The translations under genes were made by a program, and so were the position numbers. A model generated the notes under the pieces. The model was not told the origin of the DNA, searched no databases, and worked only from the letters and a program-made list of their open reading frames with translations. A DNA stretch of 60,091 nt, filler included, from Dugesia japonica (taxonomy: Eukaryota), in the NCBI GenBank assembly GCA_001938525.1. It is 4 parts of 4 records of this genome, joined end to end, with 100 filler letters (N's around TTAATTAATTAA, not from the genome) between each part and the next. Parts side by side here need not be neighbours in the genome. Positions count along the whole stretch, not along the records: positions 1 to 14,173 come from MQRL01601700.1; 3 more parts are not named here. The stretch is one strand, 5' to 3'. Below are positions 1 to 14,273 of the stretch, one piece after another; position 1 is the first letter of the stretch, and each line of letters begins with the position of its first letter.

Positions 1-1123
1 ATAGGTTCCATAGTAATATGGTCTATTATGATTAAAGGTTCCATAGTAATATGGTCAAAATGTGTCAAAGATGTTTAATATGTGCTAAATAATATTAAAA
101 AAATGTCATGTATTGAGTAAGTAACAGTTGACTTGGTATTCCTTACTATTTTGCGGATCTGAGTCTAGTCAACTATTGACGATGATGACTAATTGTTTTT
201 AAAACAATTGGTGTTCAATTATGTCCGAATGTGAACGGATAGAAACACTGCTACCGGAGATACACATACTGTAATCGAGCTTAGCCTAGTTAAAACTACG
301 CAAGCTAATCGATAAGTTCAATTATGAACGGACTCGAATTGGATGCTAAAGACCTGGATGGATTCGCTCCGTCGGAATGTACATGTCGGAGTAATGGTAT
401 GGAAGGAAAACAAGACTGTTACTGAAACAATGCATGAAAATAATTAATAATNNNNNNNNNNNNNNNNNNNNNNNNNNNNNNNNNNNNNNNNNNNNNNNNN
501 NAAAATAATTAATAATAATTAAAACTAATGTACATAATAAAAAGAAATTAATGTCTTATTCTTTAAATACCTTTGGGCATAAATATAGAGACTCCCCAAT
601 CTCATGCAAAATATAGAGACTCCTCTAGTCCCTTGTATAATAAATTAATTAAATTAAATTAAATTTAATTATCTTTAATTATATTAAAAAGATTTCTGCC
701 CATTCTATGCAAAATATAAATACTTCGCATCCAAAATATCAAGACTGCTTCATCTCATACATAAATAAAGTCTTCTAACAAAAAAAATAAAATTTTAATT
801 ACCAACAAAATTCTAGTATTAATTGAAACAAACCATTTTCATATTTTAAAACAAAAAAACTTCAATAATTAAAACAAACCATTTTCATTAATTTAAACAA
901 AAAAAAAGTTTCATTATTAAAACAAAAAAGTCCAATTATTAAAACAAAAAAACAATTAAAAAAAATTCCCTCCTAAAAAAAGATTAAAAAAGTAATAAAA
1001 AAGGTAAAAAAAGAAAAATAAAGATTAAAAAAAATTCAGATCCGATCAAAAATCAGTAATCAATCATATCAAAAATCGATAATCAATCAGATCAAAAATC
1101 GATAATAAATAATTATCGATTAA

Positions 1124-1191
1124 AAAACGCGGCTCAAGCGTAATGTGTTTCCGAGCCTCCCATGAAGGGGTCCCGCGATAACTGCTTAAAA
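1124..1191 (+). repeat. ~70-bp GC-richer dispersed motif (copy 1), possibly a conserved LINE/SINE 3' end
   Basis: aaacgcggctcaagcgtaatgtgtttccgagcc...gataactgcttaaaaa recurs with few changes at ~26632-26700. Confidence 0.6.
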
Positions 1192-4100
1192 ATTGTGACA
1201 CTATTTTGGTTGATTGCCAAATTGTGACAGTGCGCTACTATCCCCCTACTAACAGTTAGTGATGCTCACGCTTTATGAATTTTTTGTCAATTAATTTTCG
1301 CAGTTAATAAAAGTTAATGTGTGAAGTGACCTGTCAATCAACTAAGCCAGTACGTAGTAGATATGCGCCCCTTAAAAAAGATCATCAATGTGTTAATAAA
1401 TTTTGTAATTAAAATTGTTTTTTATTTTAGTTTGTAATTCATCAAAGATTTTATTTATTTGATTTAGTAGTTTTTATTTAGTAGAATTTTATTTTATTTA
1501 ATTTTGATTTGAAAGTGAGTTTTATTGTTTGTTATTTAATTTAACTTGAGATTTTTATTTTATTATTTTGATAGATATTTGCGGGGTTCCCACCTGAGTT
1601 GCGTGTATGGAACGGTCGATCAACACGCCTGCGTCCCTGTTAAGCGGGTTGACGAAGCGCTGGAAAATCATTCGATGTGTGTGCCGATTACAGGTTTTCT
1701 TCAAATAATGTCCACTAAAATTTGAATATATTATGAAAGTATTTAACAGATTAATCATATGAAATCAAAAACAAAACAAAAAAATAAATTCCGATTTAAA
1801 GGGGTTTGATTTTTATCATTACACGAGGATTAGGTTCGAGAATCATAGTCCATGTCTACTTGGGAAGTGAGTGGGAACATCTCTGCGAGACATGACATGG
1901 TTTCGTCNNNNNNNNNNNNNNNNNNNNNNNNNNNNNNNNNNNNNNNNNNNNNNNNNNNNNNNNNNNNNNNNNTAGCTTGACGGATGACATTCAAAGTTTC
2001 GCGTAGCAATCCCGACATAACTGCAGATGATTCCGGTTCTGAATAATAACTTATGAAAGCAACGTTGAAGATGATCATGGATACACTCCAACTTTATATA
2101 TAACAAAAACCCAACCAATTTGTATCTAACAGAGCCACTTTTGATATTACGGCAATGATAAATGTGGTAATAACTTAACTAATTCGATATTAATAAGATT
2201 AACAATGTTAAAATAATTATAAACATAATATGGGTATCTATACTAAGAGGGATACTGCAATTAATTATGACAAAAATACTGAGTGTTGATGGTAAATGAA
2301 ATAAAAATAATAACGGCTATAGTATTAAGGGTAGGGGTGACATAGACAATGATTCGAAGTAGCAAGAATATTTGGAACAACTACCATAATAATAGAAAAT
2401 ATCAAAAATAACGATAATGATGTGAGCAATTATGTAGACAATAAAAACACTCCAGCTACTATAACATCGGCATAGTTGGGATTTGGAATAGCGGTATAGT
2501 GACGACAAAACGATAATGAGCGAATTCGTGTTAACATAGGTATTAATGAAATATTTGTAATCATAAGAATAAAATAAATTCTTGAACAATATGTTAAAGC
2601 TTATATAAAAAAACTACGCTATGATAACCCCAATATTATACTAAAAATTTAAAACTGGCGAAAGAAATATAAGGTTTGATCTACCCATACTCAAAACCAT
2701 AACTTTTCCTTTACTAACAATTCCCCATATAGTGACCAACATAAGTGTCAGCATGGGAAAAAAANNNNNNNNNNNNNNNNNNNNNNNNNNNNNNNNNNNN
2801 NNNNNNNNNNNNNNNNNNNNNNNNNNNNNNNNNNNNNNNNNNNNNNNNNNNNNNNNNNNNNNNNNNNNNNNNNNNNNNNNNNNNNNNNNNNNNNNNNNNN
2901 NNNNNNNNNNNNNNNNNNNNNNNNNNNNNNNNNNNNNNNNNNNNNTATCCCAAATGAGTCGCTTTTCGCTAAAATATTGATTTTCCTGGTGTTATTGTTT
3001 CATCGTTACTCGGAATTATTCGATTAAATTTTTCATGTTATTTTACACTATTTCTCTAAAAAGTGGAATTTATTAATGAAATAAGAACTAAGTGGATTTA
3101 AACATAAGTCTTTATTTAAATCGAGTTAACATTTATATTATCATAACCAACATATCAAATATTCACTTACTGTGTTTAATAATGATTCTGCAACGAGTGG
3201 AATATACTGAGTAAGATTTTATATTCTTCCCAAATTTTTGTGATAACAAGTTAATTTACCAAAACTGAGGGTGTTGTTTTTCGGTTGATTTGATATTAGA
3301 ATTAAATTTCACAATATTCTCTTTTAGCAAGATTACTTTGTCGTTTTATGAAATTGCTCTCACAGTGGAAAGAAAATTTTTTAGAGGGTAATTTCGACTA
3401 TAATCCAGGTGGTTTATATATGATTCCTGATACAACCAGACTTGGTCTTCATTGGCCATCTATTTTTATTTTTTTAACTTTCATGTTTCATTGATGCCGG
3501 GTCTAAAATTTAGAAATTTCTGCGATTTTAAGCAATTCCATTGGTGTCTATTTTTAGGACACCGGCTGACGTTTGTTCCTTTGTTTTTCATTTATTTTCG
3601 GGTCCCTCATTCTATTCTTAAATTCTTTTTCTAGATCCTCCGGATAATTATAGCTCTTTTGGAAAAATACAATAGCCCCGCAACTCCAGCTTTCTAAATT
3701 TTCTTTTTAGGCTTTTATGTGATCTTCCAAGGTAAAGATATTCTACAAAAACAGATTTTCTCCTAATTTAATTTCTTTTTTGAGACGAATTTTCATAATT
3801 TAATTATATTTTAAATAATACTTTTCTGCTTTTCAATGATTAAATTATCATTTTATTAATTATAATTATTTGATCTTCGTCTAATTGTGGTGATAATTAA
3901 CCATTTATTAGTTTATACCTTTACATTTTTCCTAAATTATTTCTTATTGATTTATTATTGAGGTGTGATTTTTTTATCAATTAGTTTGATTAAAAGTTTT
4001 TCTTTTCTTCTTCATCTGTGTTTGGAACCCCCGAAAAACATATTTCTACTATCAGGTTTTCACCCCAACAATATTATTATTTTAAATAGTTTTCTTTTTA

Positions 4101-4523
4101 GTCAGTTATTATTTAAAAGTTGCTTTTATTATTGAGACTTGTTTTTTTTATAAATAATGACCTTTATTATAATTGACACATTTATAAAAATCTCTTGAGG
4201 ATATGTAGATAATATAATTTCCTATTTATGTTATTTAATTTTTTTAATTTCACAACATGAAGGCATTTTCTTGTTTGATAATTACTTGGTTTTCATTGGC
4301 CGATTTGTATTAAACAGAAATTTTTGGAAAATGACAAAAATTATGGGAAATGATAAAAAACTGACAAAAAGTAGACGAATTAAGCATATTAAATGACTAT
4401 CCATTGAACAAATTTATTACGATTCGTGAGTATTATCAAGTATTTTCTATGACCAATCCTATATTTATAATGGTAAAACTCGTATTCTTTTTGATAAGTC
4501 CAGTTTTTCAATGACAAATCATA

Positions 4524-4617
4524 GAAAATATTAGTTTTGCTATTGGAAAATAATAGCTCAGTCCCTTATTAGCCAATGATGGAACCATTATTTTCAAATA
4601 GTGAAACTCATATTTTC
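4524..4617. repeat. Imperfect ~37-bp inverted repeat (MITE-like hairpin)
   Basis: gaaaatattagttttgctattggaaaataatagctc versus the reverse complement of 4581-4617, gaaaatatgagtttcactatttgaaaataatggttcc. Confidence 0.5.
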
Positions 4618-5711
4618 AATAACGAAACCATTTAAAAAGCCATATAAAAAGCCATGTTAAATTAAAAATATATAAGCAAGATACACATATTATTTCATCA
4701 CTATTTCTCATAATCAATTCACAAGTAAGAATATATTTAATTAATTATGTTTAATTTTACTTTAGATAAAATTAATAGATTTTATCGAATGGATTTAATG
4801 GAAATTATTATGAATTATTAGAAATGTGAAAACTAATGAACTATACAAATAAGTAAGGATTTGTTTTTTATTAATTGCTTGTTGTATTAAATTGTATTAA
4901 TTTTCATGATTTTATTAAATGACAATTATTTTTGTAATGATTTTATTTTAATTTAACAATTTTTAAGATAATAATTTCATTTAAGTTAATAATTTGATTT
5001 TATGATAAAATAAATTGGATTTAAGATAAGTATAAGCTAATGATATGAATTCTTATTTCGAATTATCATTAATGTTATTGGAAATATGAAAACTTATTAT
5101 AAATTTTATGAATTATGAAAAATAAGGATTTATATTGTATTTAATGGTTATATTTTGTTACATGGTAATAATTTTAAATGATGTTTTTCTTTAATGACTT
5201 AACTTTTTCTGTAATAATTTAGATTAAAGATTTATTTAATATCATCATTGAATTAATAACATTAGAATTTAAATTTTTGACCATTTTGCTGATTTTCATC
5301 TATGTTGTGATCGCATAAAACATACACAAGCATCATAAATTCACAGATACATAACATACTCATACTACTTTTTTGGTAAGGACAATGGATCGACCACAGA
5401 AACTACTTCACTTAATTCGGAGGGAGTAGGAGATGAACGGAAGAAGAGTAGTTGTTATGCCATACTTGATGTTAATGGTGTTCACCTATAGCATCTACCG
5501 AAAAGGTCGGAGTAGGAGTTAACGTATCAACAGTAATTTCTGTTAATATACCCCAGATGAACTATTTATTACGTGATAAAGTAATTATTTATGACTCATG
5601 TTTTACATTTTTAGTCATTTATAAAATCATTATAGTATGTAAACATTTTATATAAAAATAAAATAATGTCAATGAGTGATAATGATAGTGATCGCGTAGC
5701 TCAATTCTTCT

Positions 5712-5925
5712 ATGGGATTTAACAATATATAACTTCTTAAAAACTTTTGGAATTAATTTATTTTTATTTATTTGATATTGCTGATTTTTTATCATTACCT
5801 AATTTTTGTTTTAATGAATGACATTTAAAATATTATCATCGATAAAAATTCATCACAAAAATTAATATAATATTAAATTATCAAAACCAAAATTAAAAAG
5901 GAACTCATTGGGTTGTATAGTTAGA
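5712..5925 (+). pseudogene. Degraded adenain-like protease fragment related to the Polinton-like family below
   Basis: Frameshifted translation gives NFLKTFGIN...DIADF...LNYQNQN*KGTHWVV, matching DFLKTFGIN...INYQNTNQKGTHWIA of the 18489 protease. Confidence 0.7.
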
Positions 5926-6084
5926 TATAGATAAAAACATGTATCACTAATAACAAATATCACTAAAAAACATCTTCAAATTTTCACTAAAATCTTGAGT
6001 TGAATTCGTCATTTTCCATCTACTAATGATGATAATAATAAATGTTCTTCGTAATTCCAACCTTTAAATCGCATATTCACATTC

Positions 6085-6805
6085 TAATTATATATATATA
6101 TATTACGACAGCACTCGTCACAACGTTTTCACTCCCCGTGACTATAGTTTCCACCCAAACGAATCTTTTGCTCCATNNNNNNNNNNNNNNNNNNNNNNNN
6201 NNNNNNNNNNNNNNNNNNNNNNACGATCTCTTTCTGGCCCAACAATTTTTTATTTCAGCGTCAATTCAATTTTCTTTCACAAATCAAAAATCTCAAACTA
6301 AAGACGACCCAGCAAAACGAAAATGAATTTCGAAACTCCCGAACAGCGTAAAACAAAAAATGCTATCGACAGCGCAGAAATGAAATGAAAATTATTGAGG
6401 AACTGCAAGCTAAAAGACAAAAATACGCACAGAATAAACGACTTTGACACGACCACTAAACCCCTAAACAAGTTCGACTTTCCTCAGATGCACAGGTGAC
6501 TTAACGTCGTGGTTATAAGTCCACTACATAGCTTGAAATTCAAACCACTTTTATGGCTCTTGCAACACAAACTCAATAACCCAATCAGTCTTAAAGAAAA
6601 TCAAACTCAGCGACAAAAAAAGCATCAGTAAATTATTCAAGCAATTCGTAACGAAGAACTAAGCTTCGACAAAGCCACTGTCAATCCTTACAGCTGCAAT
6701 ACGATGAATGTCGTGTCTATTCAACAAATATAAGAAAAACCTTGCTGAAAAGCATTCCGATGGATTGTTCACGGAGTGTTGCAAAGGATAAGTCAAGACC
6801 TCATT
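6085..6805 (+). mobile_element. Probable Helitron 5' fragment (N-terminal Zn-finger region of Rep-helicase)
   Basis: TA-rich start, a degraded low-complexity charged region, then MSC...GLFTECCKG*VK, resembling the Helitron F..CC..GKV motif. Confidence 0.4.
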
Positions 6806-8873
6806 TACTTTATATTGTAAATATGTTATAGTTAAATTAAATTCGAGCACTTAAATTTTATTATATATGTTATTGATACTATTCAGTGTATTACGATATT
6901 TGCATTTTCAACATGATTGATTGATTATATTTATGTTAATTATTAAAACTTAGAATTGTAGTCTATCACTTGGCACTATAGAATCTGGAAGATGCTATAT
7001 GCCCAGCAGTATCAAATATTACATCAAGGTTTAAATTGCTATGCGGATAAAAACAAGCACATCCGTCACACTGCTGTATTTTTGAATTTTATATATTTGA
7101 TATTTTATTTTAGAAATTAATGATTTACTTTATATTGTTCAGATGAAATAAATAAGTAACTAGTGTGGCTATTTGTTTTGTGGCGTAATCAATAGTTAGT
7201 ATCACGAAAAACTCATGATAAATATGGGGTCATGAATGCAAAACGATTAAAAAGCACTGATTTATTGTTATAAAAAACTTTTATTTTAAAAATTTACTAA
7301 GTCCTTAAATAAAATTTGATGAATTTAAATTTAATAATTAAGCAAGACAGATAACCAGTAGTAATAGATGAACTGATGACTAATCTAATTAAGAATGTAG
7401 AACATAATTGTTAAGGAAAGCTCATAAATAATATACTAACAGCAGATCCATATATACACATATACAAACAAACACACAAGCTCATTCGGCTCAATATCAA
7501 TACAGCTGCTTAAATCAAACAATGGATTTGATAATTCAAATCAATCTGCGATTCAATAATTCAAGTCAATTTAACTTTTGTTATTATCTAGTTATTAATC
7601 TGACTTTTTACTAATTCTCAAATTTTAATGTTATTTTTAATTTATTGTATGATATATAATACTAATTTTTAAATTTTATGTATGATGTTTAATCCGACTT
7701 TTTATGTTATTGTTATTTTTTATTTATTTCATGATCTTAATCATATGTACAAATTTTATTATCTAAATTGCTAAACAAATTCGGATATTATTTTATAAAC
7801 AAATTCGGATTTTAATTAAATTAATATTATTATTTATTAACTTTATCTAGATAATATTGTATTATTAATTTTAATTATGTAAATATTTTTCATAAAAATA
7901 GAAAATCTTTATAAAATTAGAAAATTTTAGTAAATGTTTATGAATTTTTAATGAATTGTGGTATTATTTTTTTAAATATTTATGATTCTTGATAATTTGC
8001 ATACGTATCTCTCTAGTATAAATAGAGATCTTATTTTCATTTTTTTTGCCNNNNNNNNNNNNNNNNNNNNNNNNNNNNNNNNNNNNNNNNNNNNNNNNNN
8101 NNNNNNNNNNNNNNNNNNNNNNNNNNNNNNNNNNNNNNNNNNNNNNNNNNNNNNNGTGAATCTTTTATTTAATTGCATAAGGAACACTATATAGTATATT
8201 TATACGATATTGTTATATTTATATTAATCATATTAAGGAAAAAACGTATAAAATAATATTTGGATTTCGTATTTAAATTTTTGATAAAAAATTTGCGAAA
8301 TCCCAAATACATCTCAACATAATTAGAAATGGATAAAAATGAGTAATTGGATAGTACTAAAATATTTAGTACTATAATATTAAGTGTTAATGTAATTTTT
8401 GAGATTGTTTTTAAATATTCGTTCATGTTTTAATTTTTTTTATAAATATACTTTAGAAAATATTACTTAGTAACGAAGAAATATTAATACTGAATCAATC
8501 AATAATAGATGAAGTGAGAACGAATTTCGATCCTTTCAGGACCACAAATAAAATGATTGAATTTATTATAATTTATTAATATTTTTTTTTACATTTTTGT
8601 GTTAGTCTCTAACAATGCTTTTCAAATAAACAAAATTATTCTAGTCTGGATATGTAATTTAATAAATGAAAAATATTCAATGAAATAAATAACATAAAAT
8701 TACACCTTTAAGTACTGTGGTTTAACATTTATATTTAAATACGCAAATATTTTATTAATAGACTTAAATGATTTCAATTATTATTGATTATTATTAAGTA
8801 AATTTTTATTCTGATTTTAATAGTATAAAAATTATTATTAATTATAATTATAGTTTATGGAGATGAAAAAATG

Positions 8874-8909
<36 letters not shown>

Positions 8910-10977
8910 GAAAAAATATATTATCTCAAAAACCATGTATTTTTCACTATAAGTCCTTAAAGCAATAAATAGGCAAATTTTTATTCTGAGTTTAATGGTA
9001 CCAGATTCGAAGTCATATGGTCAATATTGACAGAATATTCTAAAACCATTTTTAACTGTTCCAGTACGCTAGTACATTTATTTCGAGAACTAAAAATTTT
9101 TCGACAAAAGTAACGTGATATCTATATAGATAATTTAATTCTGAGTTCTACAATACCAAATTTGAAAACATAAGTCCATTTTCACCGAAAAAATTACAAA
9201 CAAAAATTTCGAAATTCGATCTTTTTAGCAAATTTTTGACCAATAAGATTCGAAATCGAAAAGATTTTATTACCAAAATTCTACAATACTAAAACAGTCA
9301 AAACGACATATTTTCTAGAACACTGTCGCTGGGAAAAACTGTTCAGTGCGCTAGTATATATCTACTGTCGAAAAACGTTTAGAACATAATATTGAACATA
9401 ATATTTATATGAAAATTATCCCAAATGTCATTCGATAAAATGAGGTGTTATAAAAACATTATCGCCCTATTTGGAATTGTTGACGGAAACAATAAAAATG
9501 CTTAAGCAATGAACTTTAGACAACTTTATGAAAGAAAAATCAATTAAGAATTCTATTTATGTTAATGTATTGTATGATTTTATTCTTTTGTTATTTTCTG
9601 TTTGTTCATTGAATTATAATTTATTTTCTAGTTAAAATGAAATACATATACTTATTAAAACGACATCAAAATTTGTTTTTTTTCCTTAAAATTTACAAAC
9701 TTTAAAATGTAGGAGTCGGAATCTCAATTTTATTACAAATATTGCCTCTATTTATCAAAAAGGCGAAAACATGCAGGTGCAATTCAGTATTAAAACAGGC
9801 ATATGAAACATGTTCTGTGATTAATCTGACTATTTAGTTGCTTAGTTTTTGGATATGATTTATAAATGTTATGTAAAAAAACTGTTCTAATTTCGACCAT
9901 TTAAATATATGTTCTTGATTTGTTTATTTTTGGTTTTATGGCTATTTTGACCCAATTAAATACATACCAAGTGAAACAACTGCTATTTTGTTAGAAAAAT
10001 AAATTCAAATTAGAACAAGCTTTTGGCAAAGCAGAGAAACTTGGACATACAATTGAATATCTATTTTTAAATAAAACACAATTACATCCAAGAATATTAG
10101 TATTTGAAGTTTACTTTGTACAATCTGTATTACTCATTTTATTTTAATCAGTAAGAACAAAGATTAGCTGATATTTTATTATGTATAATTTTATTTAGTT
10201 TTATAATAACAATATTCTTACGTTGTGTTGTGTTGTTAATTGATTTTGATTTGTTTTAATTGAATTTTATAAATTCAACAGCTGATTTTTTTGAAAAAAT
10301 AAATAAATGTACATCAAAGAATATTAGCAGCTGTTGACCATCTGTGTTAAAAATCAGATTAAATACTGATTGAAATTTAGTTTTATTCGGACACTTCTGG
10401 TGTCTAACCAAGGCGATGCTTAATTAAGAAAATATTCAGTTTATAAGTTTTAGATTTCTATTGGAAACATATTTACACTAAAAATATAATTTTGTGTATT
10501 ATTTATTTATAAGATAACATACACACATATTACTATATAAAATTTACTTAATTATATTACATATTATTGTACTAACATACGAATATCATTTTTTCACATA
10601 CTATCAAAGGCCACCTATTAATATATCATTAATTTTTCAAAAGATACTGAATTATATCAAGTATCTTTAGAAATGATCAAAATCTACATATAATTTGAAT
10701 CATAAAATTCCTTTGGTTGAGTAAATTACCCAACAAATAAGGTGCCGCGAACCGGGATCAAATTAATTAAATCAATTTAAAATCAAGCGGGTGTTCAGCA
10801 CTATTATAAAATAAAAGTTGATTTATTATATTATCTTAAGTTTGATATTAGATTTGGATTGAAATAAATTCTGCCACAATCTCTTAGCAATGTTCTAATA
10901 ACAAAAAAATTCCCTTAATGATAAAAGTTGAAGTAAACACTAGAAATCTTTGAGAAAACATATTTAAAGATATGTAA

Positions 10978-11646
10978 AACTCTGGTAAATATTCGTTTAA
11001 GCGGAGTTTTTTTAATTTTAAGCTGTTAGAAGACGCTCTGCTTTCATATTTAAATAACCATCGGGATTAGTTGCAATTACCAGCAGATTAACGCTCCCAT
11101 ACATGTTTTTCGTTTGACAAAGTCTTAATTTTCCTCAATAGGAATTCTTCTAATTGATTGGCTGTCATGTAGTTTCGATTTGAATCCCTTTGAAAACCTG
11201 ATGCGCATACTAGCATCAAATGTGTATGGCAATGGGAGACAATTTATGACTACTTTCGATTTGCAACAATGTATCAGGGAGTGCTTGGAGGACAATGGAA
11301 GATTGACAATAAAATTTTTATCAAATTCAATGCCTAGAAGAATTTTTAGTTTAGTAAAGTCTCAAGGAAAGCATACGCATCACTAAAGATAATAAAATTT
11401 GTATTTGTAATTATTTTTCATCAATAAAACATAAGTGCGCTTAAACGAATATTTGTTTATTTTAGTGTTTCTGTTGAATTTGCTTATTATTTAAGGTAAC
11501 ATTTAGTTAATTACATAAAAAAAGAGTTTGCTATGCTTATTTTGATGTCAATAATGCCTCTTAGTTAAAACTATATTTATAAGTAACATATAAAATAAAA
11601 TTTAGACAATATATTAAGTGCGCTTAAACGAATATTTGCTAGTGTA
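10978..11646 (+). mobile_element. Internally deleted Tc1/Tc3-like DNA transposon
   Basis: aaatattcgtttaagcg at ~10987 is inverted at ~11438 and ~11621; the right end reads ...gctagtg followed by TA. Transposase C-terminus with NAPIH, DLNPFENL and SMPRRI motifs (ORF 11180-11386). Confidence 0.8.
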
Positions 11647-11899
11647 TATTATAACTGGTATTACCGAATAATGAGTCATAGTATTTAAATAGTATGGTAA
11701 AAAATAAAAACTTAGATAATTAATCAGTTCGGTTAGACACATACTAATTTTATGCAAATATGAATATAAATTGGAGCAAATAATAAGTACATATTTTATG
11801 GTCAATCTATTTAAATAGTATTTAAATTTTTGATTAGGGTCATATTATTTGAGTTGGTAATACTATTTGAGTTGGTCATACTATTATGTAGTATCCGTT

Positions 11900-12430
11900 A
11901 ATATATGATTAGCCAATTAGGAGCTCCATGAATATTAATAACAGATCAAGGACGTCTTCAATAACTTCTATCACAGTTATGGTACTGATCATCGGAAGAC
12001 AACACCGTATCATCTGCAATGCAAGGGCAAAGGTTGAACGTTTCCATCGAACTCTCGAAGATGCATTAAAAGTTCACGTAACTTTATCAATACGGACACC
12101 GGAATATCATGTCACCAAAAAGTGTATGGATCTGATAAAACAATTCCAGGTGATTTTGCAAGTAATTCAACTATGAAAAAGGATGCAAAAACGTTAGGTC
12201 CTTCAACAAAGATTCTACAGTGTGACGTCAAAAGCAAAAAATATTTAAACCAATAGAATTTGAAAAATGTGATAAATAATGGTTAGGTAATGAAAATGTA
12301 TATGGTCTACACGCTTTCTACTCATGTCAATTTGAAGTCATAATTCGAAATTCAGACATGAANACAATGACAATCAAAATTAGTAAAATAATATCAATTC
12401 ATCGCTTAAAACCAGTTTTCATTTCTGATC
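11900..12430 (+). pseudogene. Gypsy LTR-retrotransposon integrase C-terminal fragment
   Basis: AKVERFHRTLEDALK and downstream ISIHRLKPVF. Confidence 0.7.
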
Positions 12431-12558
12431 ACATCACTTCACAATCTAGTGTATGGTATTGTAATGACAACATCCGTAAATTGAATATCAAATTAAATAT
12501 TCTTGTGAAATATTATTATGAAATATTATTGTAAAATAATTTCAAACGCCAATATATT

Positions 12559-12604
12559 TTATCCGAACATGTTTCAACAAGTTAACTGTCATCTTCAGGC
12601 ATAA
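12559..12604 (-). ncRNA. Degenerate minimal hammerhead ribozyme candidate
   Basis: Minus strand reads CUGAAGA-U-GACAG..UUGUU-GAAA-CAUG-UU with a palindromic stem III; stem I is imperfect. Confidence 0.4.
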
Positions 12605-14173
12605 TTCTTAATCTATGAAATTATGATTTATAATATTAAAATTCTGATGTTAATCAATGACCAACTCTTCAGCAGGTCAAATTAATTAATGACCTTTTGA
12701 GCAGGAATTTATGGATCAGTTACCTAAGACATTTAAATGCATAATTTATCCAAATCGAATGAATGTTTTAATTACTTTGCTTATTCAAACAAAATAAATA
12801 TTTCATACAGAACCAAGCAATTTGAAAATCCAACTCCAACTTCCAAAAATTTTTTAAATTTATTTAAAAATATTGAAATAAAATTATAGAAATATCTAAA
12901 ATATAATTTAACTATAAATTGACAAATTTTATTTCGAATTCGTAAAACAGCCAATTAAGTCTGATATTAAAATTACAGTTAATAAAAATGAAGTTTACTT
13001 TTTCAGGATATCACAAAAAGATTATAATCACGAAGGCAATTGTTAACAGGGTAAAACAATTAATGATCTTTTTCTATGCCAACAGGGTTAATATAATTTT
13101 TAGGATTTTTTATTTTTTGAAATAATTGTTGTAGGTAATTTTTAATGGTTTGTATTTAAACGAAAGTTGAAATTAATGAAATGATAATATTATTGAATGA
13201 GATAAAATTATCAAATGAGATGTTAATTTAATATTTTAATTAGTAAATTAATAAAATTTCTAATAAAAAAAATAAAATTAAAATGTAATTTAAATCTTGA
13301 GATTTATGTGGAGCAAGAATTAGTTCATTTACCAAAAAGTATCCTTAATAGAGAATATAATGTGAAACGTGATATGAACCGATATCATCCTACGTTAAAA
13401 CTTGTAGTTATGTTTCTTAGCAAAATAAATAATAGTTAGGAAAATGCGGATTTGTTGATTAACCAATAAGAAATTATTAGGATACACCAAGTAAAACTTG
13501 TAAATAAGCAGATAGTTGTGAAATTAAAAAATTAGTAACAAAATTACTGAAGTGAGAAATAATATATAATTCACAGTAGTTTTAGCAGTTTTATAAAGCA
13601 AACTACTCCTGTAGAATGCTAGCATCATATGCTACTATAATAACCCGTATGTTGTCGATGTTTCGCTCTGTGGATATGCTTATAACATGAGTGTTTTATT
13701 GATTTTTTAAATTGTGTTGGACTAGAACACATAATTTCAGTGCAAAAGGGCCAACAAAGCATCCCAAATAATACGGAAATGATTCGAGAACAAGCGGAAA
13801 ATTAAGTGAAAATTGGTGCTGGACCAGATATTATCATTATTATTATTGTTATTATTATTATAATTATTATACGAATATTATTGAAACGAGAAAAAAATGA
13901 AAATTGGGCGACGAGGACACACATTTGGTGATACAACGCGGAAATTTTGGTGTACGAGTAGAAAATGATAAGCTAAATAATAAAAATAATATAAAATACT
14001 ATAATAAAATATTAAAAGGGCCTCTACGACCCACTATCGTTACTATAAATAACGCTAATTAGCGTTTAATATTATTAAGAAGTTGATTTATTTTGGTCCG
14101 TCACGTTTATTTTGGTTTTTCCAAGTGCTGATTCACTTGGAAAACTAGATAGTGAGACAAAGACATTCCCCTG

Positions 14174-14273
14174 NNNNNNNNNNNNNNNNNNNNNNNNNNN
14201 NNNNNNNNNNNNNNNNNTTAATTAATTAANNNNNNNNNNNNNNNNNNNNNNNNNNNNNNNNNNNNNNNNNNNN
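14174..14273. other. Artificial contig linker (N44-TTAATTAATTAA-N44)
   Basis: Six-frame stop 12-mer between two 44-N runs; the same construct occurs three times. Confidence 0.95.

Noticed and set aside
1555-2589. Short ORFs and GC-richer patches as host exons
   Set aside because: No recognisable motifs or splice pattern, so they cannot be supported.
2714-2980. ORFs made mostly of X (also 7972-8194, 14413-14745, 53806-54180, 59172-59760)
   Set aside because: They stay open only because they span N gaps.
8515-8550. Hammerhead-like CTGAAAGGATCGAAA on the minus strand
   Set aside because: The CUGANGA core and stem II are incomplete.
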